A stretch of 64,000 nt of DNA. It comes from an archaeon (GTDB lineage Archaea > Asgardarchaeota > Thorarchaeia > Thorarchaeales > Thorarchaeaceae). Position 1 is the stretch's first letter, and each line of letters opens with the position of its first letter. This document shows positions 1-9,015 of this stretch, piece after piece. The notes below the pieces were generated by a model. That model saw only the letters and a program-made list of their open reading frames with translations. It did no database searches and was not told the DNA's origin. The stretch covers positions 96,001-160,000 of the forward strand of contig JAJRWI010000010.1 in assembly GCA_024276825.1 (NCBI GenBank). The letters run 5' to 3'. Made by a program: the position numbers and the translations under genes.

Positions 1-92
1 TTCTTCGGACAAAATGCGAACCAGTTGCACAGCATGTAGGGGTTGAACGCAATAAGAATGTGATACTCATTAGAAAATAGCAGGCTTCAAAA

Positions 93-917
93 TCACATCT
101 TCCGTTGATATGTAAGTGATTTGTAATAATTGGTACTCTCTACAAAATCAATCTTGAGGTCTGGAAACTCAAGTGACAGATGATGTCGCAGAAGCCTCAT
201 TCCTGGGTCGACAGTGACAAATGCACCGAGTTCAAGAGTGTTAAGCCCCTCCTCATGTGCCATCAGTCTGATTGCTGGTGCCAGTTCGCCAGTGACTATT
301 GTTTCGATACTCTGTCTTTTTGCTGAGATGATCTCATACATGTCAATCTGTGAGCCGGGTATAACAAGAATGAGCGAAACATCTTGATCGAAGTCGCCAT
401 TGAATAGAATTGACTCAAGGTTCATCTTATCAGCAATATAGCTGGCTAGTCGTGAGTGATTCATGTCGGACTTGGGCTTGCAGACCCTTCCAGCAGGGAC
501 AATCTCATTGAAATCGCCAGGGACCATGAAATCGAACTGGGGTTCAAGTTGAAGTAGATTAACAAGAGCATCAGCTAGACCATCCTTTGCACCTATGTAT
601 GCACTTCCAAGCACATAGCTTGAGATATAGTTCTTTGTAAGAAGTCTGACGCGTATCAGGTCAAGCCCAGTGATTCTATCAATGGCATAGGGAAATAAAG
701 GCCAGTGGGTGATAAGGAGGTTTGTTCTTTCTTGAGTTGCTTTGGTGACTATTCTGCCAGAAGGATAAGTAGAAATAAGGACCCTGTTAATAGTGGTCTT
801 GCCCATCTCACCGATACCCTGTGGGCCAATCTCAACTCTGCTCTCATGACCACCGAATGCCATATCACGTGGTGCAATGGTTTCAAGATACTTCACTATC
901 TTTTCAAGAGTTGGCAT
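93..917 (-). CDS. Nif3/YbgI-like (GTP cyclohydrolase I type 2 fold) protein with degenerate metal site
   Basis: N-terminal 'LEKIVKYLETIAP', 'LLITHWPLF', 'GRVC', 'IVTGE' and 'VDPGMRLL' follow the Nif3 layout. Start taken at ATG 917 (track ORF starts 965). Confidence 0.75.
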   Translation of the reverse strand: MPTLEKIVKYLETIAPRDMAFGGHESRVEIGPQGIGEMGKTTINRVLISTYPSGRIVTKATQERTNLLITHWPLFPYAIDRITGLDLIRVRLLTKNYISSYVLGSAYIGAKDGLADALVNLLQLEPQFDFMVPGDFNEIVPAGRVCKPKSDMNHSRLASYIADKMNLESILFNGDFDQDVSLILVIPGSQIDMYEIISAKRQSIETIVTGELAPAIRLMAHEEGLNTLELGAFVTVDPGMRLLRHHLSLEFPDLKIDFVESTNYYKSLTYQRKM

Positions 918-988
918 AATCTCACCTGAGTAGAACGGAATGTTCGACTCAAATATACGGAACATTCCAGTTCATCAGTGTTTCGCAA

Positions 989-3415
989 CTAAGACTTGAA
1001 CTTCTTCATTAGCACAATTACTACTGCCACAAAGCCAACTGCAATGCCAATACCTGCAGGAACTAGTGGATCAACCGTTAGGCCGCCTCCGCCGGTATAG
1101 CCCACAATATGACTGCCCTCAATAATATAGGTATGACCAAAGTCATCTACAAGGTATATGGTAAAGGTGATGTTTGTCCCAGCTGTCATGCCGTTGAGCC
1201 TATATCCCCAACCATCACCATAGTTTTCCATATTAACAACCTGTATTGTGTCCGCATCATTCAGTCTGTAATGAATCTTTACCGATGAAACATAGGCCAT
1301 GTCTGTTGAGCCCCTAAGTAACTTGATTGTGACTCTAATCCCATCGTCGCGTAATTCCTCAGTCACATTGACTGCAGAGATAAGACCACTGACATGCAGC
1401 CAGACCGGACGTGGTTGGTAAGTTGTATTGAAATCATGAAGGTTGAAGACAATCTTGGTATAACCAAAGTCTAAGGCGGTGATGTTGAACTCCATAACCT
1501 GAGATGTGTGGGGGGCTGCCTCAATAATCAGTGAGGGGCGGTCAAACACCAGACTAGTGCCAATGTATATGGTCAGGTTTGCCTTCACACCATAACTCAA
1601 TTCATTTGTAACATTGAGTTTTAGTGTGACGGTTGAGCCTGATTCAATAAGCCCGAGATCAGGGTTCATAATAGCGATGTCGAATCCCAATATGAGCTCG
1701 GACTCAGCATTCTGAGCCAATTCAATTGCCCGTGACGGGTTCCACCAGTCCATTGCATTCTGAGCTTCCGCAAGGTAAGTCTTTGCAAGTTCAATACTCT
1801 TGCCCGATGATTCTAGAGCATCTATCTGACTCTGAACAGTTGAGATTAATGACTCAGCCTGATCCCACAGTTCCAGATATCTATCAACCCAGACACTATC
1901 GCCAAAGACCAGTTTATTGTAGAGGTCCACAACCACATTTCTTCGATTTCTGATGGCATCCATAATGTCCTCTGCGGATATCTTACCATCAGGACCCGTT
2001 GGGGATTTCACAAAGAACACATTTCTGAAATTACCAAGAATCTTGGCATTGTGTGTATCACTGGCTATGTCAAATGACCAGAAATAGGCCTGTTCTCCAA
2101 GACCATGGAAGAAGCCCATATTATCAACTTCAAAAGCATCATAGCCATAGTCCTCAAATTTTTCCCAGACAGCAGCATATTTGCTTGCGAGAGTCGGATG
2201 ACAGAGTATTGCTATGCCACCTTGTGCATGTATTCCATCTACAGCCTCTTGTGTACTCGTCGCGTAGATCTGTTCTGTGAGCGGAAATCCCACAGTATGA
2301 GGAATAGCGGAGAGTTCGGCCCCAACAAAGACCTCACAGTCTAAATCATATTTGTCCTGAATCGCATTTGCCGCAATAGCCCCGTATATGCCATTCTTTG
2401 CGGGCTTGTCATAAGAATGATCAGTAATGACAAAGAAGTCTGCAGCAGTTTCAACAGCGCGGGTAATCATCTCAAATGCAGTGTTTTGGCCATCGCTGTA
2501 TGTTGTGTGGTCATGGATATAACCAGTGAACACCTTATAATCGGCAAGCTCACTCTCATTCAAGTCGGGACCAGGTCGGATTTTGATTACTGCCTTTCCG
2601 CTGGTATCAACTTCCCGGGGTGAGTTCCCAGATAACCAATCGATGACATCTAATGAGAACTGGGCATGATCATCAGGGTCAACAAGGTTAGATATTCTAC
2701 TTCGAAGTTGCATGAAAGGCCCCGCAGAACCAACAGCAACTACTCGTCCACTACCGGAGGTGGCATATGCGACAAAATCACTACCCTTGATTGTGACCAA
2801 TGATGTAGCAGGGCTTGAAACTGTTAATGAGCATCCTTTTAGATCGTCGTTGGTACTATACATTGATTCGACACTATATGTCAGATTATGGTCGGCAATC
2901 TCGCCATTGCTCCTTCTTGCAATACCATTAAGGGCATCAGAATTGAACGTTATGCCATAACCCTCAGAGAGGGGATTCAGATTAACTGCGCTATATCCCC
3001 AAGACTGGGGGTTATTATCAACGCCTACCAGTAATAATCCACCGCCGTTGCTTACAAAATTCTGAATCGCAGTTATTTCGGTGGCGTTGAGAGGTGCCAT
3101 TGGGAAAAATAGGCAAAGCACATCGTATGAGTCAAGAATTCCACTATCCAAAGACTCGAACCAGTTTGTAGAAACATTATACCCATGTTTGGCCAATAAC
3201 CAACCAAATAGGGATGCATTGCCAGGGGTCCACATCTCAGAGGCATTCCTAGTGTGATATTCATCAACTAGAACATTTGCACTGACAAAAGTCTGTGCAA
3301 TGGTTGATTCAACAGGTTTTGGATTAGCACTCGGTTCGACATTTCCAAAGGGGACAGTCATTATGATTAAGAGTGCTAAAATGATAAAGGATGCTTTACG
3401 AAACATATTGGTCAC
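989..3415 (-). CDS. Secreted, membrane-anchored protein: GIFT/DUF4350-like domain + PHP-type metallohydrolase + Ig-like domains
   Basis: Signal peptide 'MFRKASFIILALLIIMTVPF'. GIFT-like 'VLVDEYH...FVSNGGGLLL...GRVVAVG'. PHP motifs 'IHDHTTYSDG', 'ITDH', 'GAE', 'CHP', 'SDTH'. C-terminal TM helix followed by KKFKS. Confidence 0.75.
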   Translation of the reverse strand: MTNMFRKASFIILALLIIMTVPFGNVEPSANPKPVESTIAQTFVSANVLVDEYHTRNASEMWTPGNASLFGWLLAKHGYNVSTNWFESLDSGILDSYDVLCLFFPMAPLNATEITAIQNFVSNGGGLLLVGVDNNPQSWGYSAVNLNPLSEGYGITFNSDALNGIARRSNGEIADHNLTYSVESMYSTNDDLKGCSLTVSSPATSLVTIKGSDFVAYATSGSGRVVAVGSAGPFMQLRSRISNLVDPDDHAQFSLDVIDWLSGNSPREVDTSGKAVIKIRPGPDLNESELADYKVFTGYIHDHTTYSDGQNTAFEMITRAVETAADFFVITDHSYDKPAKNGIYGAIAANAIQDKYDLDCEVFVGAELSAIPHTVGFPLTEQIYATSTQEAVDGIHAQGGIAILCHPTLASKYAAVWEKFEDYGYDAFEVDNMGFFHGLGEQAYFWSFDIASDTHNAKILGNFRNVFFVKSPTGPDGKISAEDIMDAIRNRRNVVVDLYNKLVFGDSVWVDRYLELWDQAESLISTVQSQIDALESSGKSIELAKTYLAEAQNAMDWWNPSRAIELAQNAESELILGFDIAIMNPDLGLIESGSTVTLKLNVTNELSYGVKANLTIYIGTSLVFDRPSLIIEAAPHTSQVMEFNITALDFGYTKIVFNLHDFNTTYQPRPVWLHVSGLISAVNVTEELRDDGIRVTIKLLRGSTDMAYVSSVKIHYRLNDADTIQVVNMENYGDGWGYRLNGMTAGTNITFTIYLVDDFGHTYIIEGSHIVGYTGGGGLTVDPLVPAGIGIAVGFVAVVIVLMKKFKS

Positions 3416-3516
3416 ATTAAGGAGAGTATCTCAACTCTCGTATAAATATTAATCTTAGTGAAAAAAAGTTCCTATGAAATGCATCAAATAAAGACGCATT
3501 TCATAAATCAGCAGAT

Positions 3517-3807
3517 CTATTCCTCTTCAATATCTTCATCGAATGAGTATAGCTCTTCAATGTCCTCATCAATCACTTCTAGTTCAGGCTCTTCAACTTT
3601 CTTGGGTTTCTTTTCCTTCTCCTTCTTGCCTCTCTTTTTCTCCTCAGATTTTGACTCGACAGGAGTATAGCGCTTTTTCATCAACTTCCAGAAGGAGGTT
3701 CTGGTCTTTTGCTTCCTACGAATAAGTCTGTAGTCAATCTGCTGGGGGTTCTGGGTTCGCATCAGTCTTCTTCTTTCTCGAATAAGAGACTTCATTGTCT
3801 TTGCCAT
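3517..3807 (-). CDS. Small charged hypothetical protein (basic N-half, acidic C-terminus)
   Basis: Fills an intergenic gap. ATG at 3807 with TATA-like GTTATAAAAG about 50 bp upstream on the minus strand. Confidence 0.55.
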   Translation of the reverse strand: MAKTMKSLIRERRRLMRTQNPQQIDYRLIRRKQKTRTSFWKLMKKRYTPVESKSEEKKRGKKEKEKKPKKVEEPELEVIDEDIEELYSFDEDIEEE

Positions 3808-3915
3808 TGTCAGATCGCCGCACTCTGTTTTCTGAGTTCTCACGGGTCAGTTCTTTTATAACTGTGACGGCAAAGTATTGCAAGACTTAATCAGTGAACA
3901 TGAGATAATGTCAGT

Positions 3916-4461
3916 GTGGATGGATCTGGAGTGACTGCGGATTCTGAAGATAATGAGATGATCATTAGGGTTAGACTGGACAGAGCAATAGTAGACAGGA
4001 TTGACAAGATGGTAGGAAAAAGCAGGAGAAATCAGTTCGTATTAGAAGCAGTCCTTTGGCGATTGGACCTGCAAGAACCATTGTCCATACCGCCCACAGT
4101 AGCAGGCCTTATGAGTGAATTAGAGGAGCTAAGGAGGAGGGTTGAATATCTTGAAACCCTCCATTCGTCAAGTGTCTACGATGCACAGTTGAGCCAGACC
4201 ATAAAGACAAAGGTATGTCGTGATAGCCTTGATGTGCAGCTCTTGACTCATCTCTTGAGGAATAACGGATCAACTACTAATGAGCTTGCTCATGCTGTTG
4301 GGAAAGAAGGCAAGCGCAGGACTATCTATGACCGACTAATGCGATTGAACGAACGGGCAATTGAAGTCTTTGGGGAACCAATCATTCATTTTGAGAGGGG
4401 GCGATATCAAGGCAAGAGCAATTCATGGTGGATCAAGAACATTTCACTCCTAACCGAGTGA
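3916..4461 (+). CDS. Putative DNA-binding protein: ribbon-helix-helix + coiled coil + winged helix
   Basis: 'IRVRLDRAIVDRIDKMVG..SRRNQFVLEAV' is RHH/CopG-like; heptad 'LMSELEELRRRVEYLE'; 'STTNELAHAVG...RRTIYDRL' is HTH-like. Confidence 0.65.
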   Translation: MDGSGVTADSEDNEMIIRVRLDRAIVDRIDKMVGKSRRNQFVLEAVLWRLDLQEPLSIPPTVAGLMSELEELRRRVEYLETLHSSSVYDAQLSQTIKTKVCRDSLDVQLLTHLLRNNGSTTNELAHAVGKEGKRRTIYDRLMRLNERAIEVFGEPIIHFERGRYQGKSNSWWIKNISLLTE

Positions 4462-4502
4462 CTCAGAATAAACTATTAATTGGTAATGGGCTGTGCTGTC
4501 AT

Positions 4503-4580
4503 GGGGTCGTAGTCTAGCATGGATAAGGCGCCAGCCTCCGGAGTTGGTCTTCCCCGGTTCGAATCCGGGCGGCCCCGCCA
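4503..4580 (+). tRNA. tRNA-Arg (anticodon CCG), intronless, CCA encoded
   Basis: Acceptor GGGGTCG/CGGCCCC + GCCA. D arm GTCT-AGCATGGATA-AGGC with A20. Anticodon arm CCAGC-CTCCGGA-GTTGG. T arm CCCGG-TTCGAAT-CCGGG. Confidence 0.96.
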
Positions 4581-4779
4581 CTTTCATACACCTATTCATG
4601 ATAATGAGAATCAATCATAACAGACTTATCGCATTTCACGTTCCATGAATAAATCAAATCTATTAGTTTTAAGAAAATAGGCTGAATTTTAAATTGTCGC
4701 ATCAGTATTAAGAAATCGAAAATTGTTAAAAAACTAATTGATATAATAGTTGCCTTATGGCAGGAGGCAAACTGGTAAA

Positions 4780-5286
4780 ATGCGCAAGGAAGTTGTAGTG
4801 GCATTATTGTTTATAGTACCAATTTCAATGTATGCACTTCCAGTAATGGCCAATATTACTGATCCTGGGCCAAGTTACTATGTTCCTAGTTCTATCCAAG
4901 AGATTGATGGTGTTTGGGATTCAACATCTCATGATGCCATCGAAACCCAAAGTGGTTTTAGCTATCGATGCGAGATTATTTTCTACTACACCATGGTTGA
5001 TACTTCAGCAGATGTTTACAAAATTGATATTGATTATGATGGTGAAGAACCAGGTTGGTTCTGGCAAATCGAGTCTCTCGAAATGCTATATCGATGGGGT
5101 TCAGGTGGTTCTTGGACTCACTTGGCATATTTTGATGTATCAACATATGACGGAAAAATGACCATAACTGACGCCACTTCATCAACGCTTCAAATTAGAA
5201 TCATAGGATGCATTGAATTCAACGACAACATTCAACACACATGGTATTTTGGTGCTGAACCACAACTATGGTTGTATTGGACTTGA
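4780..5286 (+). CDS. Secreted hypothetical protein (aromatic/acidic, probably beta-rich)
   Basis: AGGAGG at 4762 before ATG 4780; signal peptide 'MRKEVVVALLFIVPISMYALPVMA'. Confidence 0.7.
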   Translation: MRKEVVVALLFIVPISMYALPVMANITDPGPSYYVPSSIQEIDGVWDSTSHDAIETQSGFSYRCEIIFYYTMVDTSADVYKIDIDYDGEEPGWFWQIESLEMLYRWGSGGSWTHLAYFDVSTYDGKMTITDATSSTLQIRIIGCIEFNDNIQHTWYFGAEPQLWLYWT

Positions 5287-5448
5287 TCAAATTATAGAGG
5301 TGCATCCCATACTATTCACAAATTCAATGCTTTCAAAATGGATGAGTAATGTAAAATCATTAAATGCATTTAATTGAAATTTTAGCAATAAACTAATATT
5401 TCAACGAAAAACATTGTTTGGTAAAATATATGCAAAGGAGACATACAA

Positions 5449-6387
5449 ATGGAGGAGAGCATGGGAGGTACACAATCTCTTATTAGAGTTGAAGAAGTTC
5501 ACAAGACTTTTGATGATATTAAAGCTCTTGATGGTATCTCACTGGAGATGAAGCCTTGTATTTTTGGGCTGGTAGGTCCAAATGGGGCAGGAAAGACAAC
5601 ACTCTTGAGAATTCTTCTTGGGCTCATCAAGCCAGATAAGGGCAAGGCACAGGTGCTCGGTCATGATGTGACAGATCGTTTGCGTCCATTCCTTATGCGA
5701 ATTAGAGTTCTTCATGAGAGACCATATTTTCCACCACTGATGACACCCATCAAATACCTTGAACATGTTGGACACCTTTATGGAGCAAAAATTGACCCAC
5801 GAGAGTTGCTTTCAGAAGTGGACCTGCTACATGTTGCTAATCGAAGAATTGGAAAATTCTCTGCCGGAATGTATCGGCGCTTGGGAATCGCGCAGACTCT
5901 TGTTGGAGATCCAGAGCTTGTATTTCTGGACGAGCCAACAGCAAACCTTGACGTTGATGGCCGCGATATAATGATACGCAAAATTATTCAGCTACACATG
6001 AATAGAGGGATATCATTTTTCATTTAATCACATATATTGTCCGAGCTCGAACGTTTTTGTCATCAAATAGCATTTATCAGAAAAGGGCGAGTATTGGATA
6101 AAGGCACTGTAAAGGAACTCATTGATAAATATACAAAAAATCGGTACAAACTGTTCTGTTCAGATCCAGTAAGGTTACTGCATATAATGAAGAATAGTCT
6201 TGACCGGTTTATAAAAGGGTTTATTGAGGGGGCTTCATCAATTGTTATAGAAGCTGACTACGGTGATGTGTCGCTTCTTCTTAAAGAAATAGAGTGTATT
6301 ATAGAGCCATCAGAAGTGGAATTATACTCAGTTGAGCCTGCATGGAGCTTAGAAGATGCATATAGGGGGATGACTTCTCATGAGTAA
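5449..6387 (+). pseudogene. ABC exporter ATP-binding subunit interrupted by an in-frame TAA at 6025-6027
   Basis: Walker A GPNGAGKTT, signature FSAGM, Walker B FLDEPT. The same frame reads 'FFI*SHILSELERFC', so the stop sits in the H-loop S-S-H. Track ORFs 5449..6027 and 6037..6387 share a frame. Confidence 0.85.
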
Positions 6388-7234
6388 ATTGAGGAGTAAT
6401 AAGCCACGATACAGAGATTTGATTCTGTTTGAACATGACACATCATTTCCATCACCCACACTTGGTCTGCTCGTTTCGGTTTTTCTGATTTTGGGATTCG
6501 CCGTAGTTTCAACTCCTGGGGTTATGATTCCATTTTCATCAGATGTATATATAGAAAGCACGCCAGACTGGAATGGAACAATTCAAGTAGGCATATTTGA
6601 AAATACTACTCGTGATGCACCCAACAATGTTTATGGTGCTGCGTTATTTAATGAGTACTATGGAGTCATTTTTTTTAGTGCCTTACTGATATCATTCATT
6701 TTTGCACAGGGATATAGCAATGGTCAATATAGAACTGTCTTGTCGTATCCTATCAGTCGTAGGAAGCTTCTCATGGCAAAGATAAGTGGTATTTATCTCA
6801 TTGTTACGATTTCATCAAACCTTTCAGCGCTTTTTGTTCTTGCATGCTATGTGCCTAGCAGCATTGAGATTGGTGTATTATTGATCATGTCATTATCACT
6901 ATGGACATCAGCGGCACTTGTGGTTGCATCATGCACTTTAGTTGCTGTTGTTACTAAGAGTGCACCACTTACTACAATCATTAGTCTTGGAATGTGGTTT
7001 GTTGCATTTTATAATTACACAACACCAGCCACAACGCCGATTCTAGAGGGTGTTAAGAATCTACTAATTCCATTGTATGCCATACTTAGACATACTACTT
7101 CATTGCGGATGTTTTCATATCTTCAATCGATTCCTACATTTACTGAGTGCATATTATCCATTATTTTGGCAGGTGTGTTTTCCATCATACTGTTTGTAAT
7201 GAGTGCATTCATTTTTGAGAGGACGGAAATCTAG
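6380..7234 (+). CDS. ABC-2 type exporter permease
   Basis: About 6 TM segments; 'YSNGQYRTVLSYPISRRKLLMAK' is the typical ABC-2 permease loop; overlaps the end of the ATPase. Confidence 0.85.
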   Translation: MSKLRSNKPRYRDLILFEHDTSFPSPTLGLLVSVFLILGFAVVSTPGVMIPFSSDVYIESTPDWNGTIQVGIFENTTRDAPNNVYGAALFNEYYGVIFFSALLISFIFAQGYSNGQYRTVLSYPISRRKLLMAKISGIYLIVTISSNLSALFVLACYVPSSIEIGVLLIMSLSLWTSAALVVASCTLVAVVTKSAPLTTIISLGMWFVAFYNYTTPATTPILEGVKNLLIPLYAILRHTTSLRMFSYLQSIPTFTECILSIILAGVFSIILFVMSAFIFERTEI

Positions 7235-7246
7235 GGAGGGAAAAAA

Positions 7247-7753
7247 ATGCATAGGTCGCTTTATGTCGTGGGGATTTTCATAGTCATTCTTTCTTTTCAA
7301 CCAGTGACTCTTGCTTATAGAGGATCTGACGTAGCAGAAAGGGAATACTATGGCCATTGGATACAATGCACTGAAAATCCCATTTTATATCTTCAAGTAC
7401 GAGAGGCTTCAAGTCCTGTTTCGGTGTATTTACTTCAATCTGCTGATGCAGAGCAGGCACTAGAGATGGGATCACTTGGTAATATCACGCCAGAGTTTGA
7501 ATTAGAAAATGTGACTTCATATTATGGTCCAATTGAGATTTCCAAGCCAGGTGTGTATGTCATATTCGTCACTACATGCTCAAAGATTCCATCATACTAT
7601 GATCTTCTTATTATATCATCAGTTCCAAATATGCGAGCATTCATTGTTGCGCTCATTGTACTTTGTTTAGGTGCTAGTTTTCACATAATGAAGCTCAGTA
7701 GAGAAGGGCGTATTACTATTAGATCCAGCAAAGCAAATAGCACCAATGATTGA
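7247..7753 (+). CDS. Membrane-anchored hypothetical protein (signal peptide, beta domain, C-terminal TM)
   Basis: GGAGG RBS; hydrophobic N-terminus; 'KPGVYVIFV' beta motif; C-terminal TM helix. Confidence 0.65.
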   Translation: MHRSLYVVGIFIVILSFQPVTLAYRGSDVAEREYYGHWIQCTENPILYLQVREASSPVSVYLLQSADAEQALEMGSLGNITPEFELENVTSYYGPIEISKPGVYVIFVTTCSKIPSYYDLLIISSVPNMRAFIVALIVLCLGASFHIMKLSREGRITIRSSKANSTND

Positions 7754-7825
7754 TTATTTATTTAGTGAAAAGTATCGGCCATGATTAATGAGTCAATGTC
7801 ATATTCTTGAGATGCCACCACTAGC

Positions 7826-7840
7826 GAAGAGGATATAAGT
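7826..7840 (+). promoter_or_regulatory. BRE/TATA promoter of tRNA-Arg(GCG)
   Basis: Purine-rich GAAGAGGA followed by TATAAG (7834-7839), 28 bp upstream of the tRNA 5' end. Confidence 0.5.
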
Positions 7841-7861
7841 CAAACATCGATTTCGCTTGAT

Positions 7862-7939
7862 GGGGCCGTAGTCTAGCATGGATAAGGCGCCAGCCTGCGG
7901 AGTTGGTCTTCCCCGGTTCGAATCCGGGCGGTCCCGCCA
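7862..7939 (+). tRNA. tRNA-Arg (anticodon GCG), intronless, CCA encoded
   Basis: Acceptor GGGGCCG/CGGTCCC + GCCA; anticodon loop CTGCGGA; T loop TTCGAAT; A20 Arg identity element. Confidence 0.96.
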
Positions 7940-8116
7940 TTATTCAGATTTTGAGTTCGGACATATCCGAATTCTTGTTTTGTAGGAGGTTATAAAGTAG
8001 AAAATTAACTCAATTATGGTCGTCATATTGGAAGCTGACTATCAAGTCCTTTCAGGCGATTGATTCGGTGTAAGATCATCGTAATGATAGCAAAAGACTA
8101 TGGAGTCAGGTCACCT

Positions 8117-8311
8117 ATGAGTGTGAGTGAAGAGGTGGAAGATCACACAGAGGAAGTGGTTGAGAAGTTCACCAAATACCTGAATGGGCCTCAAGGGAAG
8201 GTTGTTCGCGAGTCAATGGAGGACAATGAGAGTTATATATTGAAGACCAAGGATTGCACAATGCGAGTGACAAAGAAGGGCCTCAAAATCGAAGTAGAAG
8301 TCATAGATTAG
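8117..8311 (+). CDS. Small hypothetical protein
   Basis: ATG at 8117 within track ORF 8060..8311; normal composition; fills the gap. Confidence 0.55.
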   Translation: MSVSEEVEDHTEEVVEKFTKYLNGPQGKVVRESMEDNESYILKTKDCTMRVTKKGLKIEVEVID

Positions 8312-8370
8312 CAGAGTAATTTATGTCTGTATTTTTTCTCAATTGTGTTCAAGGCTAATGCTGGGCATGA

Positions 8371-8904
8371 TCAGACAGAGGTCTGCCAACGTTGAAGTTT
8401 CTGGAACACTTGCATGATGACTTTTGCACGTGCAGCCTGTAGTTCGGCCTCTTCACGGGTGAGTTCACGAACCTGTGATGCAGGAACTCCAGAATTGAGA
8501 CTTCTTGGGGGAATTACAACATTTGCCGGCACGATACTTCCAGGGGTCAGCATGACGCCCTCGCCAAGTGTGGCCCCATCAAAAATAACACATCCCTCGC
8601 CAATATTCACATTATCACCGATGTATACACCATGAATGACAGATGCTGTACCAATGATGCTAAGGTCGCCAATTATAGCTGGGTTCTCCTCGGAATGTGC
8701 ATGAATCACAACGCTATCTTGAATGCATGTGCCTTCGCCAATCTTGACCGATGCAGCATCTCCACGGATGACCGCCCCTGGCCAGACACTGGCATTTGCA
8801 CTGATCTCCACATTACCAACAATTGTGGCCTGCGGACTGATATATGCCTTTGAATCAATCTTTGGACTTTTGTCACCAAACGGAAGAATTGGCAGTGAAT
8901 CCAC
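8371..8904 (-). CDS. Gamma-carbonic anhydrase family (YrdA/PaaY-like) left-handed beta-helix protein
   Basis: 'PKIDSKAYISPQATIVGNVEI...SVWPGAVIRGD...IGEGTCIQD..VIH' hexapeptide repeats; C-terminal 'GVPASQVRELT'. Confidence 0.92.
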   Translation of the reverse strand: MDSLPILPFGDKSPKIDSKAYISPQATIVGNVEISANASVWPGAVIRGDAASVKIGEGTCIQDSVVIHAHSEENPAIIGDLSIIGTASVIHGVYIGDNVNIGEGCVIFDGATLGEGVMLTPGSIVPANVVIPPRSLNSGVPASQVRELTREEAELQAARAKVIMQVFQKLQRWQTSV

Positions 8905-8961
8905 CTCACTTTGGTTTTGTAGAGTTCTATATCATGCTCTAATAAACAATATGTGAGTCAG

Positions 8962-8993
8962 AAAAATGAAAAAATGCCCCTGTGAAACAGGGG
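8962..8993 (-). terminator. Hairpin + U-tract terminator downstream of thioredoxin
   Basis: CCCCTGT-GAA-ACAGGGG (8977-8993) with A-runs at 8962-8974, which are U-tracts on the minus strand. Confidence 0.6.
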
Positions 8994-9015
8994 AACTGTG
9001 TCGAGAATTGTTGAA

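Larger units (their letters stand above)
4581..7861. mobile_element. AT-rich accessory cassette (putative genomic islet) between two tRNA-Arg genes
   Basis: Visibly lower GC than flanking housekeeping genes, bounded by 78-bp near-identical tRNA genes, and contains a disrupted gene. No integrase present. Confidence 0.45.

Noticed and set aside
4503-4580. tRNA introns or split tRNA
   Set aside because: Both tRNAs fold as complete cloverleafs with no bulge-helix-bulge insert.
4503-7939. tRNA repeat read as attL/attR of an integrated virus or plasmid
   Set aside because: Both copies are full-length with different anticodons, the second has its own promoter, and no integrase or replication gene lies between them.
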